Shown: positions 19,202 through 29,975 of the stretch, in pieces
Layout: every line of letters starts with the position of its first letter
Position numbering within the stretch: the first letter of the stretch is position 1
NCBI GenBank assembly: GCA_963734495.1
Contig: CAVTHK010000004.1
Span: forward strand, 1-40,994
DNA: 40,994 nt
Source of the DNA: an uncultured Spirochaetota bacterium
GTDB taxonomy: Bacteria; Spirochaetota; Spirochaetia; SZUA-6; CAVTHK01
Direction: 5' to 3'
Notes under the pieces: generated by a model
The model's input: the letters and a program-made list of their open reading frames with translations, nothing else
Database searches by the model: none
What the model was told of the DNA's origin: nothing
Program-made: the position numbers and the translations under genes

Positions 19202-20578
19202 CTACTGCACGAGCAGAATGTGCCGCTCGAGGTAGCTCGCCCGCTCGCGCGCGGTCTCCGCGAGCGAGCTGTCCGGGAAGCTGTCGTACACGCGCCGGTA
19301 CAGCGCCTGCGCGCGCGGCACGTCGCGCAGCGGTCCGTCGGTTTCGTACGCCCGGGCGAGCAGCATGTAGATCTCGTCCTGCCTGCGGCTGGGGCCGCGG
19401 CCCTTGGTCTCCGCCAGGGCCTCCAGCACGCTGATCGCCGCGACCGCATTGGACTTGCCCAGGAGGTAGGCCGCGGCGAGCAGCGACTGGCTCTCCTGGT
19501 CCGCGGCCGGAAACTGCCCGCGCTTCAGGGGCCCGAGGGCCTTGAGCACCGCGGCGTAGTCGTCGAGCAGCACCGCCACGCGCAGCAGGCCGGAGAGAGC
19601 CCGCGCCTGCATCTCGTCGGGCCGCGCGCTCTCGTCGTGCGGGGCGTTCCGCACCCAGGACGCGCGGGCCGCGCGCAGGTCCCCGCGGGCGAGCTGGATG
19701 AACGCGGTCCGGTCGTTGCGGTACGCGCCGTCGTCGCCCGCGAGCCGCGCGAGCTCGCGCAGGGCATCGTCGTACTGCCGCGCCTCGATGAGGTTGTCGA
19801 TGTACGCGCGCTGCTCGCTCGGGAGCTCCGGCGAGCTCTCGCCGCGCTCCACGCGGGCGGCGAACTCCTCCGGCGTGATGACGCTCAGGTCCACTCCGGC
19901 GGTGCCGTCAGCCTTGCCCGCCCCGTCCTGCCGCGAAAAGGACAGCCGCGCCGTGCCGGCGGCCAGCGCGTGAAAGGAAAACACCGTGCCGGCGCGATCG
20001 ACGGTCCTTGACTTGTACTCGGCCACGGCGGGGTCCGTGGTGCCCGTAAAGACCCACCCCGTGCCCATCAGTGCCACCTGCACGTCGTCCCCGCGGCGGG
20101 CGTACGCCTGGTGCGGCGCGGCCGCGGCGGCAGGGGCGGCGGCCGCGGCTGCGGGGGCCCGCGGCGCAGGCGGCGCGGCGGCAGCCGCGACCGCGGCAAC
20201 CGCGGCGGGAGCCGGCCGCGCCGCGGCCGGCTGCGTGCCTGCAGGCCGGGCCTGCGGCTGCTGCTGCGGCGGCGCGGCCCGCGGCGGCTCCGGCGCCGGC
20301 AGCGGCCCCTGCAGCCGCGCCGGCTGCGGCGGCAGCGGCCCCGAGACGGACGCCGCCGCGGGCGGCGACACCTCCGGCAGGTCCGCCACCAGCGGCAACC
20401 GCGCCGGCGGCGACACGGCGAAGCCGCCGGCCTCCGGCGCGAGCTGCGGCGCCGACGCGGGTGCGGGCGTCGCCCGCGGCGCGTCGGCCTTCTTCATTTT
20501 CATACTCTCCACTCCGGCGCAACCCGCCATGAGGGAGACCAGACACACCAAGAGTGTTGTCTCTCGAACCGCGTTCAT
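19202..20578 (-). CDS. Lipoprotein with Pro/Ala-rich linker and C-terminal TPR-like helices
   Basis: Lipobox LMAGC, low-complexity P/A tract, and TPR-like ARAYE...AQALYRRVYDSFPDS. Confidence 0.75.
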   Translation of the reverse strand: MNAVRETTLLVCLVSLMAGCAGVESMKMKKADAPRATPAPASAPQLAPEAGGFAVSPPARLPLVADLPEVSPPAAASVSGPLPPQPARLQGPLPAPEPPRAAPPQQQPQARPAGTQPAAARPAPAAVAAVAAAAAPPAPRAPAAAAAAPAAAAAPHQAYARRGDDVQVALMGTGWVFTGTTDPAVAEYKSRTVDRAGTVFSFHALAAGTARLSFSRQDGAGKADGTAGVDLSVITPEEFAARVERGESSPELPSEQRAYIDNLIEARQYDDALRELARLAGDDGAYRNDRTAFIQLARGDLRAARASWVRNAPHDESARPDEMQARALSGLLRVAVLLDDYAAVLKALGPLKRGQFPAADQESQSLLAAAYLLGKSNAVAAISVLEALAETKGRGPSRRQDEIYMLLARAYETDGPLRDVPRAQALYRRVYDSFPDSSLAETARERASYLERHILLVQ

Positions 20579-20599
20579 TTCCCCTCCCAGTGAACGGAC

Positions 20600-23407
20600 T
20601 CAGTTCGAAACTGCTTCGGCCTCCTCTTTGAGTCTCAGACCGATGATCTTGGACACGCCCGACTCCTCCATCGTGATGCCGAGGAGCGTGCTCGCCGCGG
20701 TCACCGTGCGCTTGTTGTGCGTGATGATGAGGAACTGGCTCGTGCCCGCGAACTCGGAGAGCAGGCTCGTGAAGCGGCCGATGTTCTCCTCGTCGAGGGC
20801 GGCGTCGATCTCGTCCAGGATGCAGAACGGCGAAGGCTTGACCAGGTAGGTGGCGAACAGCAGCGCCGTCGCCGTCATCGAGCGCTCGCCGCCGGAGAGC
20901 AGGTCGATGCTCTCGAGCTTCTTGCCGGGCGGCTGGGCGAGGATGTCGATCCCGCTCTCGAGCACCTTTTCGGGGTCCACGAGGCGCAGCTCCGCGCGGC
21001 CGCCCCCGAAGAGCCTGCGGAACATCGCGTGAAAGTTCTTCTTGATCATCTCGTAGGTCTGCAGGAAGAGCTGCGTCGACTCCCTGCGGATCTCGTCGGT
21101 GACGCGGCGCAGGTCCTCGCGCGCCTTGCGCAGGTCCTCCATCTGTTCCTGGAGGAACTTGAAGCGCTCCTGGACCTCGGCGAACTCCTCCGGCGCCATG
21201 AGGTTCACCTGCCCCAGCGCGCGCAGCCGCTCGCGCAGGTCCGCCAGCGCGGCGCGGAGGTCGGCCACCGGGCGCTTGATGTCGAACATGCGGCTCTCGA
21301 ACTCCGAGAGGTCGCGGGAGTGCGTCTCCTTGAAGTTCTCGTAGATCCCCCGGATCTCCGCGTTCACCTCGGCGACGTCGACGCGGCCCTTCTCGACGTC
21401 CGACTGCAGCTTCGCCAGCTCGGCCGTGCTCGCCTTGAGATGCTTCTCGTGGGAGGCCAGGCCGGAGCTGAGGCGGGCGATCTCCTTTTCCAGGTTGGCG
21501 AGCTCGCGCGTGAGCCTCGCCTGCTCGGCCGCGAGCTCCTCGACCTGCTTCTTCTGCGCCTCGATCTCCGAGCCGAGCGATGCGACCGTCGACCGGGTCT
21601 CGCCGATGACCCGCGCCTGCGCCTCGATGGCCGAGCGCTGCTCCGCGACCTCGCGCTCCAGGCGCACGGTGGCCTCGTGCAGCGATGCGCGGCGCGCCTC
21701 CAGGCGCGCCCGGTTGACGCGCAGCTCCTCGAGGGTCCGGCGGTACTCTTCGACGCGGGCGGCGAGGTCGCGGTTCTCCGCGCGCAGCCGCTCGTTGGCC
21801 GCCCTCAGGGCTGCGATCTCCTCGAGGCCTGCGCTGATCTTCTCGTCGATCTCCCTCTTGCGGGTGATGATGCCGCCGGGAGAGAGAAACTCGTCGATGA
21901 ACGCAGGGGTCGACTGCTTGTAGCTTGCGAACAGCTCCTCGAGCTCGCGCACCCGGGCCAGGCTCTCGCTCACGAGGCCCCGCAGCGCCTCGACGACGCG
22001 CCTCGGCTCGCCGCTCTCCGCGCGGCCCGGCGCGAGCGCGGCCTCCAGGTCGCCGAGCAGCCCCGCCCTCCCCTCGAGCTGGATCTCCAGGGAGCGCAGG
22101 ATCTTGTCCACCCGCTCCTCGGTCTCGTGCCTGCGCGTGTGGGAGTAGCCCATCTCCTTGAGGCGCCGGTCGAGCTGCGTCACGATGTCGTCGGTGATCT
22201 CGCGGAGCTCGACGCGAAGGCCCTCGACGAGGCCTTCGAGCTCGGCGGCCCGCGCGTCGTTGCGGCCGATCTGGGCCTCGTTGGCCTTGACGCGCTCGAG
22301 GAACGTCTCGATGTCCCGCTCGAACGCGGCGGCGTTGGCCGCGATCTCCGCCATCTGCTTTTCGAGCGCGTCGCGCTGCCGCGCCTGCTCGTCGATCTCC
22401 GCGAGCAGCCCCTGCACCTTGGCCGTCATGGCCTGCTGGCGCTGCTCGTCGTCGCGGATCTTCCGCTCCATCTCCTGCCGGCGCTCGGTGAGGATCCGGA
22501 CCTGGCCCGCCTTGTTGTTCTTCTCGAGGTCGGCGCCGTACACCCGCTTCTGCGTGTCCGCCAGGCCGGACTCGAGCGAGTTCATCCGGTCCATGCCCGA
22601 TTCCACCGAGGCGTTGAGGCCGTCGATCTTTTCCTGGATCTTCTGCCGCTCCTCGGATCGCGCGGCGAGGTGCTGCTCGCGGCGGCTCTTGCGCTCCAGC
22701 AGGTCGCGCAGCCGCAGGAGCTGCAGGTCCAGCTCCGTCTGGAAGATCTCCTCGCGGAGGCCGCGGTACTCCTCGGTCTTGCGCGCCTGCACCTTGAGGG
22801 ACTCGTAGCTGCGGCGGACCTCCTGCAGCACGCCCTCGACCTGGCGCATGTTCTCCTCGGTGCGCTCCAGCTTGCGCTCGGCCTCCAGGCCGCGGACGCG
22901 GTAGCGCGTGATGCCGGCCGCCTCCTCGAAGATCAGCCGACGCTCCTCGGGCTTGCTCGAGAGCACCTGGTCGATGTTCCCCTGCTCCATCACCGAGTAG
23001 GCGCTCTTGCCGATCCCGGTGTCGTAAAAGAGCTCGCGGATGTCGCGCAGGCGCACGACCTGGCCATTGAGGAAGTACTCGCTCTCGCCGCTGCGGTAGA
23101 GCCGGCGCTTGATCGCGATCTCGGGGGCGTCAAAGCGGAGCTGGCCGTCGTTGCCGAGCACGAGCGTGACCTCGGCGACGCTCAGGGGCTTGCGCGCCTC
23201 GGTGCCGTTGAAGATCACGTCCTGCATCTGCTCCGCGCGGAGGCTCCGGCTCGACTGCTCCCCCATCACCCACTTGATGCTGTCGACGATGTTGCTCTTG
23301 CCGCAGCCGTTGGGCCCGAGGATGGCGGAGATGCCTTCCTGGAACTCGATGCGCGTTCGGTCGGCAAAGCTCTTGAAGCCGAACAGCTCTATGCTCTTGA
23401 GGAACAA
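20600..23407 (-). CDS. smc: Chromosome segregation SMC protein (short, 935 aa)
   Basis: FGFKSF, Walker A GPNGCGKSN, signature LSGGE, Walker B ILDEIDAALD, ITHN and long coiled coils. Confidence 0.95.
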   Translation of the reverse strand: MFLKSIELFGFKSFADRTRIEFQEGISAILGPNGCGKSNIVDSIKWVMGEQSSRSLRAEQMQDVIFNGTEARKPLSVAEVTLVLGNDGQLRFDAPEIAIKRRLYRSGESEYFLNGQVVRLRDIRELFYDTGIGKSAYSVMEQGNIDQVLSSKPEERRLIFEEAAGITRYRVRGLEAERKLERTEENMRQVEGVLQEVRRSYESLKVQARKTEEYRGLREEIFQTELDLQLLRLRDLLERKSRREQHLAARSEERQKIQEKIDGLNASVESGMDRMNSLESGLADTQKRVYGADLEKNNKAGQVRILTERRQEMERKIRDDEQRQQAMTAKVQGLLAEIDEQARQRDALEKQMAEIAANAAAFERDIETFLERVKANEAQIGRNDARAAELEGLVEGLRVELREITDDIVTQLDRRLKEMGYSHTRRHETEERVDKILRSLEIQLEGRAGLLGDLEAALAPGRAESGEPRRVVEALRGLVSESLARVRELEELFASYKQSTPAFIDEFLSPGGIITRKREIDEKISAGLEEIAALRAANERLRAENRDLAARVEEYRRTLEELRVNRARLEARRASLHEATVRLEREVAEQRSAIEAQARVIGETRSTVASLGSEIEAQKKQVEELAAEQARLTRELANLEKEIARLSSGLASHEKHLKASTAELAKLQSDVEKGRVDVAEVNAEIRGIYENFKETHSRDLSEFESRMFDIKRPVADLRAALADLRERLRALGQVNLMAPEEFAEVQERFKFLQEQMEDLRKAREDLRRVTDEIRRESTQLFLQTYEMIKKNFHAMFRRLFGGGRAELRLVDPEKVLESGIDILAQPPGKKLESIDLLSGGERSMTATALLFATYLVKPSPFCILDEIDAALDEENIGRFTSLLSEFAGTSQFLIITHNKRTVTAASTLLGITMEESGVSKIIGLRLKEEAEAVSN

Positions 23408-23428
23408 TTGATCTCCCAGTCGAAAGAT

Positions 23429-23457
23429 ATTCTAACTCAAGACGGGCCCGCGCTCAA
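23429..23457 (-). promoter_or_regulatory. sigma70 promoter for smc
   Basis: TTGAGC-17 nt-TAGAAT. Confidence 0.6.
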
Positions 23458-23738
23458 GCGGGGGGCGCGGGCGGCTGAGACGGCCTCGGAGCCGGCGGCC
23501 GGCCGCCGTCGCGCTGTTTTTTGAGAAAACGCACCGCACTCTCCAGGCCCTGCAGGAAGTTGTCGAGGTCCTCGCGGAAAACGATCACCGACTGGCGCTC
23601 GAATTCGCTCTCGGTGTGGGGCTTGCTCTCCACGATGTTCAGGAACAGGTCGCCGTACCTGTTTTCCTTGACGTTGAAGAAGTACGTCCGCTTGGCCGTG
23701 ATGGCCCGGGACGAAAAGACCTCGCCGCGCTGACCCAT
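23454..23738 (-). CDS. PUR-domain nucleic-acid-binding protein (DUF3276, Borrelia BpuR-like)
   Basis: GEVFS...RTYFFNVKENRYGDLFLNIVESK...ERQSVIVF. Confidence 0.88.
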   Translation of the reverse strand: MGQRGEVFSSRAITAKRTYFFNVKENRYGDLFLNIVESKPHTESEFERQSVIVFREDLDNFLQGLESAVRFLKKQRDGGRPPAPRPSQPPAPPA

Positions 23739-23756
23739 GCGATGACCCTCGCCGGG

Positions 23757-23785
23757 ACTATAGCCGAAACGAATGGGCGGTTCAA
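23757..23785 (-). promoter_or_regulatory. sigma70 promoter for the PUR-domain gene
   Basis: TTGAAC-17 nt-TATAGT. Confidence 0.65.
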
Positions 23786-23857
23786 CCTAACGGTCGGCAT
23801 CAGGCTACGCCTGATGTGGGGGTCAGGCCGATGCCTGGACGCAAGGCAACAGCGGCA

Positions 23858-24491
23858 TCAGGCTTCGCGAAACGCCTCGGCAGCCGCGAGGGCCGCGGCG
23901 AGCTTGCTCCGGGTTGCCGGCCGGAACGAGAGGCCCCGGCTCCGGAGCCACTCCTGCAGGTCGCGGCCTTCGCCGGCGCCCTCCATCTCCAGCTCGTAGA
24001 GGACGGTGGCGCCGATCAGCGTCCGGTCCAGGTCGAAGGTCCAGTCGCCGGCGCGCACGCGGGTGCGGTGGTTCACGAAGGCGCAGAAGGGGGCGACTTC
24101 GAGGTCGCCGGCGGCCGCGAGCAGCTCCTGCACCGGCTTGTGGGCGCACTGCGAGAGGCGGAAGCCGCAGGCCAGCCTCGCCGCCTCGGCGGGGGCGATC
24201 TCCACCTCGTCCTCGGGGCGCACGAAGTAGCCGCTCCCCGGCCGCTCCGCGGGCCCTTTGACCGTGAGGAAAGCCCGGGCGCCTCCGCGACCGCTCTCGC
24301 GGCGAAGTCGCAGAGCCAGGCGGAGCCGCCGCAGATCGCCTGCTGCCGAGTCGTAGAACGTGTTGATCTGCTCCACCGGCTCCGTCGCCGGGGCCGCGCA
24401 TCTCCATGAGCGCCTGGTAGGCAGAGGGGGCCAGCTCGAGCTTGAGCTCGGATTCAAGGGACAGGGGCCTGTCAGGCTTTTCGCCTGCCAT
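23858..24491 (-). CDS. CYTH-domain (triphosphate tunnel) protein, frameshifted near 24390
   Basis: ESELK (ExExK), QINTFYD, ALRLR, LTVKG, YELEME and SKL motifs. Confidence 0.8.
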
Positions 24492-24527
24492 CCTGGATCT
24501 CCCGGCTGCGGCCGGTTCGGGCCCGGC

Positions 24528-25772
24528 CTACTCGACCCGGACGACGAACTGACGCTTCTTGCCCGCCCGCAGGCGTATGCTGCCGTCGCGCAAGGCACGC
24601 GCGTCGATCGTCGCCTCGGAGTCGCCGATCGCTTCCTCGTTGACGTAGGCGCCGCCCTGCTGCACCAGCCGTCGCGCCTCGCCCCGCGACGAGCAGAGTC
24701 CCGTGCGGGCGAAGAGCTCGACGACATTGATGCCGCTCTCGATTTCGGCGCGGGCGAGCGCCATCGACGGCACGCCCTCGAGGCTCGCGTCCGCCGAATC
24801 GCCGAAGCGCACGCCCCCGAACGCCGCCCGCGACGCGTCCCGCGCCTTGTCCGCCTCGGCCTCGCCGTGGACGGTCCTCGTGACCTCCCATGCGAGGACC
24901 GCCTTGGCCTTGTTGAGCGCCTGGCCGCCCGCGGCGGTGAGGTCCTTGACCTGCTCCACCGGCAGGAACGTGTACAGGAGGAGGAAGCGCTCGACGTCCG
25001 CGTCGGCGGTGTTGATCCAGTACTGGTAGAACTCGTACGGGCTCACCATCGAGGCGTCGAGATAGAGCGCGCCTCGCTCGGTCTTGCCCATCTTCCTGCC
25101 GTCGGCGGTCGTGATGAGCGGCGTCGTCAGCGCGAACGCCTCCCCCCGCTCGACCTTGCGGATCAGCTCCATGCCGGCGACGATGTTGCCCCACTGGTCG
25201 TCGCCTCCCATCTGGAGGCGGCAGCCGTGGCGGCGATAGAGCTCGAGGTAGTCGTAGGACTGCAGGAGCTGGTAGTTGAACTCGACGAAGGTCAGCCCGG
25301 TCTCGAGGCGCATCTTGTAGGTCTCGAAGGTGAGCATCCGGTTGACGGAGAAGTGGCGGCCGATGTCGCGGAGGAAATCGATGTAGTTGAGCCCCGCCAG
25401 CCAGTCGGCGTTGTCCACCATGATCGCCCGGTCGCCGCCGAAGTCCAGGAACCGGGCGATCTGCTTCTTGAACGCCCGGGCGTTCTCCCCGATCGTCTCG
25501 ACCGAGAGCATCTTGCGCGTCTCGGTCTTGCCCGAGGGGTCGCCGATGCGGGCCGTGCCGCCTCCCACCAGGGCGATGACCTTGTGGCCGGCGCGCTGCA
25601 GGTTCGCCATGGCCTGCAGCCCCACCATGTTGCCCACGTGAAGGCTGGAGCCCGTCGGGTCGAAGCCCACGTACAGCGTGACCGGCCCCTCGTCCATCAG
25701 GCGCCTGAGGCCGGCTTCGTCGGAGCACTGCTGGACGAAGCCGCGTTCCTTCAGGATGTCGAGCCCGTTCAT
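24528..25772 (-). CDS. tyrS: Tyrosyl-tRNA synthetase
   Basis: YVGFDPT..SLHVG, QMGGDDQWGNI, KMGKT and a C-terminal S4 domain. Confidence 0.97.
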   Translation of the reverse strand: MNGLDILKERGFVQQCSDEAGLRRLMDEGPVTLYVGFDPTGSSLHVGNMVGLQAMANLQRAGHKVIALVGGGTARIGDPSGKTETRKMLSVETIGENARAFKKQIARFLDFGGDRAIMVDNADWLAGLNYIDFLRDIGRHFSVNRMLTFETYKMRLETGLTFVEFNYQLLQSYDYLELYRRHGCRLQMGGDDQWGNIVAGMELIRKVERGEAFALTTPLITTADGRKMGKTERGALYLDASMVSPYEFYQYWINTADADVERFLLLYTFLPVEQVKDLTAAGGQALNKAKAVLAWEVTRTVHGEAEADKARDASRAAFGGVRFGDSADASLEGVPSMALARAEIESGINVVELFARTGLCSSRGEARRLVQQGGAYVNEEAIGDSEATIDARALRDGSIRLRAGKKRQFVVRVE

Positions 25773-27103
25773 GAGCCGGCCCTCTTGTAGCTCGCGATTT
25801 CCTGCCGGATGCGCGGTACGATCTCGCCGATCTTGATGCGCACCTGCTCCATGGAGTCGCGGAAGCGCAGCGTGACGGTCTGGTCCTCTTTGGTCTGGTA
25901 GTCGACGGTCACGCAGAAGGGGGTCCCCACCTCGTCCTGGCGGCGGTAGCGCCGCCCGATGGCGCCGCTCACGTCGTAGAAGACCGCAAAGTCCTCCTGC
26001 AGGTCGGTCGCCAGCTTCTGCGCCAGCTCAGCGAGACCGTCCTTCTTCATCAGGGGGAAGACGCCGAGCGTGACAGGCGCCACCTTCGGGTGGAGGCGCA
26101 GGACGACCCGCGTTTCGCCTTCAACCTCCTCCTCGTCATAGGCGTCGCACAACACCATGAGCACGCTGCGCGTGAGGCCCGCGGAGGTCTCGATGATGTA
26201 CGGGATGTAGCGCTCCTTGGTCGCCTCGTCGAGGTAACCCTGGTCCTTGCCGCAGTACTCGCTGTGCCGCTTCAGATCGAAGTCGGTGCGGTTGTGGACG
26301 CCTTCGAGCTCCTGGAAGCCGAAGGGGAACTCGAACTGGATGTCCACGGCCTCCTTGGCGTAGTGCGCGAGCTCGTCGGGGCCGTGCTGGTGGAAGCGCA
26401 GCTTGCTCGTGTCGATGCCCAGCTTGGCGTAGTACGCGAGGCGCTGCTCCTTCCAGTAGGCGAACCACTTGTCGCCCTCGCTGGGGTGCACGAAGTACTG
26501 CATCTCCATCTGCTCGAACTCGCAGGTCCTGAAGATGAAGTTCTTGGTGACGATCTCGTTGCGGAACGCCTTGCCCACCTGGGCGATGCCGAAGGGGATC
26601 TTTTCGCGGCTCGTCTGCTGCACGTTCTTGAAGTTGACGTAGATGCCCTGCGCCGTCTCGGGCCGCAGGTACACGACCGAGCCCGCGTCTTCGACGGGGC
26701 CGATGTGCGTCTTGAACATCAGGTTGAAGCGCCTCGGCTCGCTCAGGGGGTTGCCGTTGGGGCTCTTCCTGGCGGCCCGCTCCTCGTCGCTGAGGTGATC
26801 CCACCGGTAGCGCTCGTGGGTCACGGTGTCCTCGACCATCAGGTCGACGAACCCTTCGACGTGGCCCGAGGCTTCCCACACGCGCGGGTGCATCATGATC
26901 GCGGCGTCGAGCCCGACGATGTTGTCGTGGAGCTGCGTCATCTCGCGCCACCAGAAGTCCTGGATCCGCCGCTTGAGCTCGACGCCCATCGGCCCGTAGT
27001 CCCACGCGGACGAGAGGCCGCCGTAGATCTCGCTGGACTGGAAGACGAACCCGCGCCGCTTGGCAAGCGACACGATCTTGTCCATCGTGGCCTTGGAACC
27101 CAT
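25769..27103 (-). CDS. glyQS: Glycyl-tRNA synthetase, homodimeric (alpha2) type
   Basis: AKRRGF, YLRPETAQG, FRNEI, EFEQME and IGRRYRRQDE. Confidence 0.96.
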   Translation of the reverse strand: MGSKATMDKIVSLAKRRGFVFQSSEIYGGLSSAWDYGPMGVELKRRIQDFWWREMTQLHDNIVGLDAAIMMHPRVWEASGHVEGFVDLMVEDTVTHERYRWDHLSDEERAARKSPNGNPLSEPRRFNLMFKTHIGPVEDAGSVVYLRPETAQGIYVNFKNVQQTSREKIPFGIAQVGKAFRNEIVTKNFIFRTCEFEQMEMQYFVHPSEGDKWFAYWKEQRLAYYAKLGIDTSKLRFHQHGPDELAHYAKEAVDIQFEFPFGFQELEGVHNRTDFDLKRHSEYCGKDQGYLDEATKERYIPYIIETSAGLTRSVLMVLCDAYDEEEVEGETRVVLRLHPKVAPVTLGVFPLMKKDGLAELAQKLATDLQEDFAVFYDVSGAIGRRYRRQDEVGTPFCVTVDYQTKEDQTVTLRFRDSMEQVRIKIGEIVPRIRQEIASYKRAGS

Positions 27104-27137
27104 CACTCCCCCTCTTTCGAACGCTCTCTGCGCGCCC

Positions 27138-28605
27138 TCAGGCGCTGTTTTTCGCGAGCACGCTGATGGCACTCTCGAGCCGTGCCCTCGTTTCGTCCAT
27201 CCCGAGGATGCGGAGGCTGCCGAGCAGCGGCGGCGACACCCTGGACCCGGTGACCGCGACGCGCACCGGCATCAGCAGGTCGCCCAGCTTGAGGCCGCTC
27301 TCGTCCGCGAGCTTCCGCAGCGCGGCCTCGGCCTCGGCCTCGGGCAGCGGCAGGATCGACGCGAAGCGGCCGGCGAACGCGCGCAGGATCTCGACAGTGC
27401 GCGCGGCGTCCAGCTTTTTCGGGATCATGTCGGCCACGGGCAGGTCCGTGGGCGCGGGCCGCCGGAACAGGAAGGCCAGCGCCGCCGGCGCGTCGGACAG
27501 GAGCTTGAGCCGCTCGCGCACCAGGGGCATGGCGGCCGCCACCGCGGTGGCGTCGGCCTCGATCCCCGCGTCGCGCGAGGTACGGCCGCACGAGCGCCGC
27601 CAGCTCCGCGTCGCTCTTCTTCCGGATGTAGGCGCCGTTGAAGTAGCCGAGCTTCTGGTAGTCGAAGACCGCCGGCGACTTGTTGAGGCGCTCGAGGCTG
27701 AAGACCTTCTCCAGCTCCTCTTTCGTGAAGAACTCCGTCGAGTCGTCCAGCGCCCAGCCTACGAGCGCGATGTAGTTCAGCATCGCCTCGGGCAGGTAGC
27801 CCTGCTTGCGGAACTCGAGGACACTGACCGCCCCGTGGCGCTTGGAGAGCTTGTGCCCGTCTGCGCCGAGCACCATCGGCAGGTGGCAGTACAGGGGCGG
27901 CGCCCAGCCGAACGCCTTGTAGAGCTGCACGTGCAGCGGCACGGAGGCGAGCCACTCCTGCGCCCGCAGGATGTGGCTGATCTCCATGAGGTGGTCGTCG
28001 ACCACGTTGGCGAGGTGGTAGGTCGGGTAGCCGTCGCTCTTGAGCAGCACCGGGTCCGGGTTGATGTCCTGGTTGGGGACCGTGACGTCGCCGAGAAGCT
28101 GATCGTGGTAAGTCGTCGTGCCCTCGGTGGGCACCTTGAGCCTCACTACGTGCGGCTTGCCCTCGGCCTCCTGCGCCGCGACCTCGGCGGCAGTCAGGTT
28201 CCGGCAGTGGCGATCGTAGCCCGTCCGCTCCGCCTTGCGCGCAGCCTGCTCCTCGCGCAGCTTCTCGAGGCGCTCCGGCGTGCAGAAGCACTTGTAGGCC
28301 GCGCCCTTCGCGAGCAGCTCGTCGGTCTTCTGCCTGTAGGTCTCGCGGCGCTCGGACTGCACGTACGGCCCGTACGGGCCGCCCTTGTCGGGGCCCTCGT
28401 CCCAGCTCATGCCCAGCCAGCGGAACGTGTCGTAGATGTCCTGCAGCGCGTCCGCGCGGAGGCGTTCCCGATCCGTGTCCTCGATCCGCAGCACGAACAC
28501 GCCACCGCTCGCGCGCGCGAAGAGGTAGTTGAAGAGCGCGGTGCGCACGCTGCCCACGTGCTGCAGGCCCGTCGGGGACGGGGCGTAGCGTACTCGAACG
28601 TTCAC
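27138..28605 (-). CDS. gltX: Glutamyl-tRNA synthetase (frameshift near 27575)
   Basis: [29 protein letters not shown] and KLSKR. The anticodon domain (PVRVAVTG...SPP) is in a second frame. Confidence 0.95.
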
Positions 28606-28630
28606 GGCGTTGTCCTTTGCGGCCTCGCGG

Positions 28631-29869
28631 CTAGACGGCGGCCGGGTCGCCCGCCAGCACCCTCTGCGCGGCCCGCTGAAGCATGCGGCCGATCCGGTCG
28701 ATGGCCAGCTTGAGGTCGTCGAGCGCGGGCAGGAACACGATCCGGAAGTGGTCCGGGTGCGGCCAGTTGAAGCCCGTGCCGTGCACGATGAGGACTTTCT
28801 CCTCCTGAAGGAGCTCCATCGCGAATTTCATGTCGTCCTCGATCCCGAACTTGCGCACGTCGAGCTTCGGGAAGAGGTAGAGCGCGCCCTGAGGCTTGAC
28901 GCACGTCACGCCGGGGATCGACGTGATCCACGTGTGGCAGAGGTCGCGCTGCTCGCGCAGCCGTCCTCCGGGGCGGATCAGCTCGTTGATGCTCTGGTAG
29001 CCGCCCAGCGCCGTCTGGATCCCGAGCTGCGCCGGCACGTTGCTGCAGAGCCGCATGTTGGAGAGCATGTCGAGCCCTTCGATGTACTGGGTGGCCGAGC
29101 TCTTGTCGCCCGTGAGGACCATCCAGCCCGCGCGGAAGCCGGCCGCGCGGTACGCCTTGGACAGGCCGCTGAAGGTCACGGAGAACATGTCGTCCGTGAG
29201 CGACGACATGGGCACGTGGACCGCGTCGTCGTAGAGGATCTTCTCGTAGATCTCGTCGGAGAAGATCGTGAGCTTGTGCTCCCGCGCGATCTCCACGATG
29301 CCCTCGAGCACCGCCCGGTCGTAGACCGCGCCCGTGGGGTTGTTCGGGTTGATGACGACGATGCCCCGCGTGCGCGGCGTGATCTTCGAGCGGATGTCCT
29401 TGAGGTCGGGGTACCACCCGGACTGCTCGTCGCAGAGGTAGTGGACCGCTTTCCCGCCCGCCAGCGTCACGGCCGCGGTCCACAGCGGGTAGTCGGGGGC
29501 CGGCACGAGCATCTCGTCGCCGCTGTCGAGCAGGGCCTGCATCGACATCACGATCAGCTCGCTCACGCCGTTGCCGATCCAGATGTCCTCAGTCGTTACG
29601 CCCTGGATTCCGATCGACTGGTAGTACTGCATGACGGCCTTGCGCGCGGGGAACAGTCCCTTGGAGTCGCAGTACCCCTGCGCCTGGCGCATGTTGACGA
29701 CCATGTCGTGGATGATCTCGTCCGGGGCGTCGAAGCCGAAGGGCGCGGGGTTCCCGATGTTCAGCTTGAGGATGCGGTAGCCTTCCTCTTCGAGCCGCTT
29801 CGCCTCGGTCAGGACCGGGCCCCGGATGTCGTAACAGACATTGTCCAGCTTGCGTGATTTCCCTACCAT
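28631..29869 (-). CDS. alaA: PLP-dependent aminotransferase, AlaA/YfbQ type
   Basis: [34 protein letters not shown] and GLSKAYR. Confidence 0.9.
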   Translation of the reverse strand: MVGKSRKLDNVCYDIRGPVLTEAKRLEEEGYRILKLNIGNPAPFGFDAPDEIIHDMVVNMRQAQGYCDSKGLFPARKAVMQYYQSIGIQGVTTEDIWIGNGVSELIVMSMQALLDSGDEMLVPAPDYPLWTAAVTLAGGKAVHYLCDEQSGWYPDLKDIRSKITPRTRGIVVINPNNPTGAVYDRAVLEGIVEIAREHKLTIFSDEIYEKILYDDAVHVPMSSLTDDMFSVTFSGLSKAYRAAGFRAGWMVLTGDKSSATQYIEGLDMLSNMRLCSNVPAQLGIQTALGGYQSINELIRPGGRLREQRDLCHTWITSIPGVTCVKPQGALYLFPKLDVRKFGIEDDMKFAMELLQEEKVLIVHGTGFNWPHPDHFRIVFLPALDDLKLAIDRIGRMLQRAAQRVLAGDPAAV

Positions 29870-29975
29870 GGCAAGAAATACGATATCCGGCGGCGCAAAG
29901 ATGGTCAAGGACCAGGACGGTCCGCCCGAAGCCCGGCCGGCGTACTCGCCGGGATGTACAAGCGCCGGGCAAGGA

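Noticed and set aside
20100..20480. Very GC-rich repetitive tract (also 10920-11060) as a repeat array or CRISPR
   Set aside because: Encodes Pro/Ala-rich lipoprotein linkers; no fixed-length repeats with unique spacers and no cas genes.
20717..23524. 935-aa plus-strand ORF and other long antisense ORFs (5630-8599, 13118-14686, 17842-19077, 24360-25790, 35911-37416)
   Set aside because: Shadow ORFs opposite well-identified genes, expected in GC-rich DNA with G/C-ending codons. They have no motifs of their own, apart from the thiN N-terminus caught at the end of 5630-8599.
27138..28605. gltX, map and hemW splits as pseudogenes or programmed frameshifts
   Set aside because: Catalytic motifs and codon bias are intact, there are no consistent slippery sites, and many neighbours are similarly broken. 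Sequencing error is the simpler explanation.
28606..28630. T-box leader ahead of gltX-glyS-tyrS
   Set aside because: The gap after alaA is only about 25 nt and has no T-box consensus.
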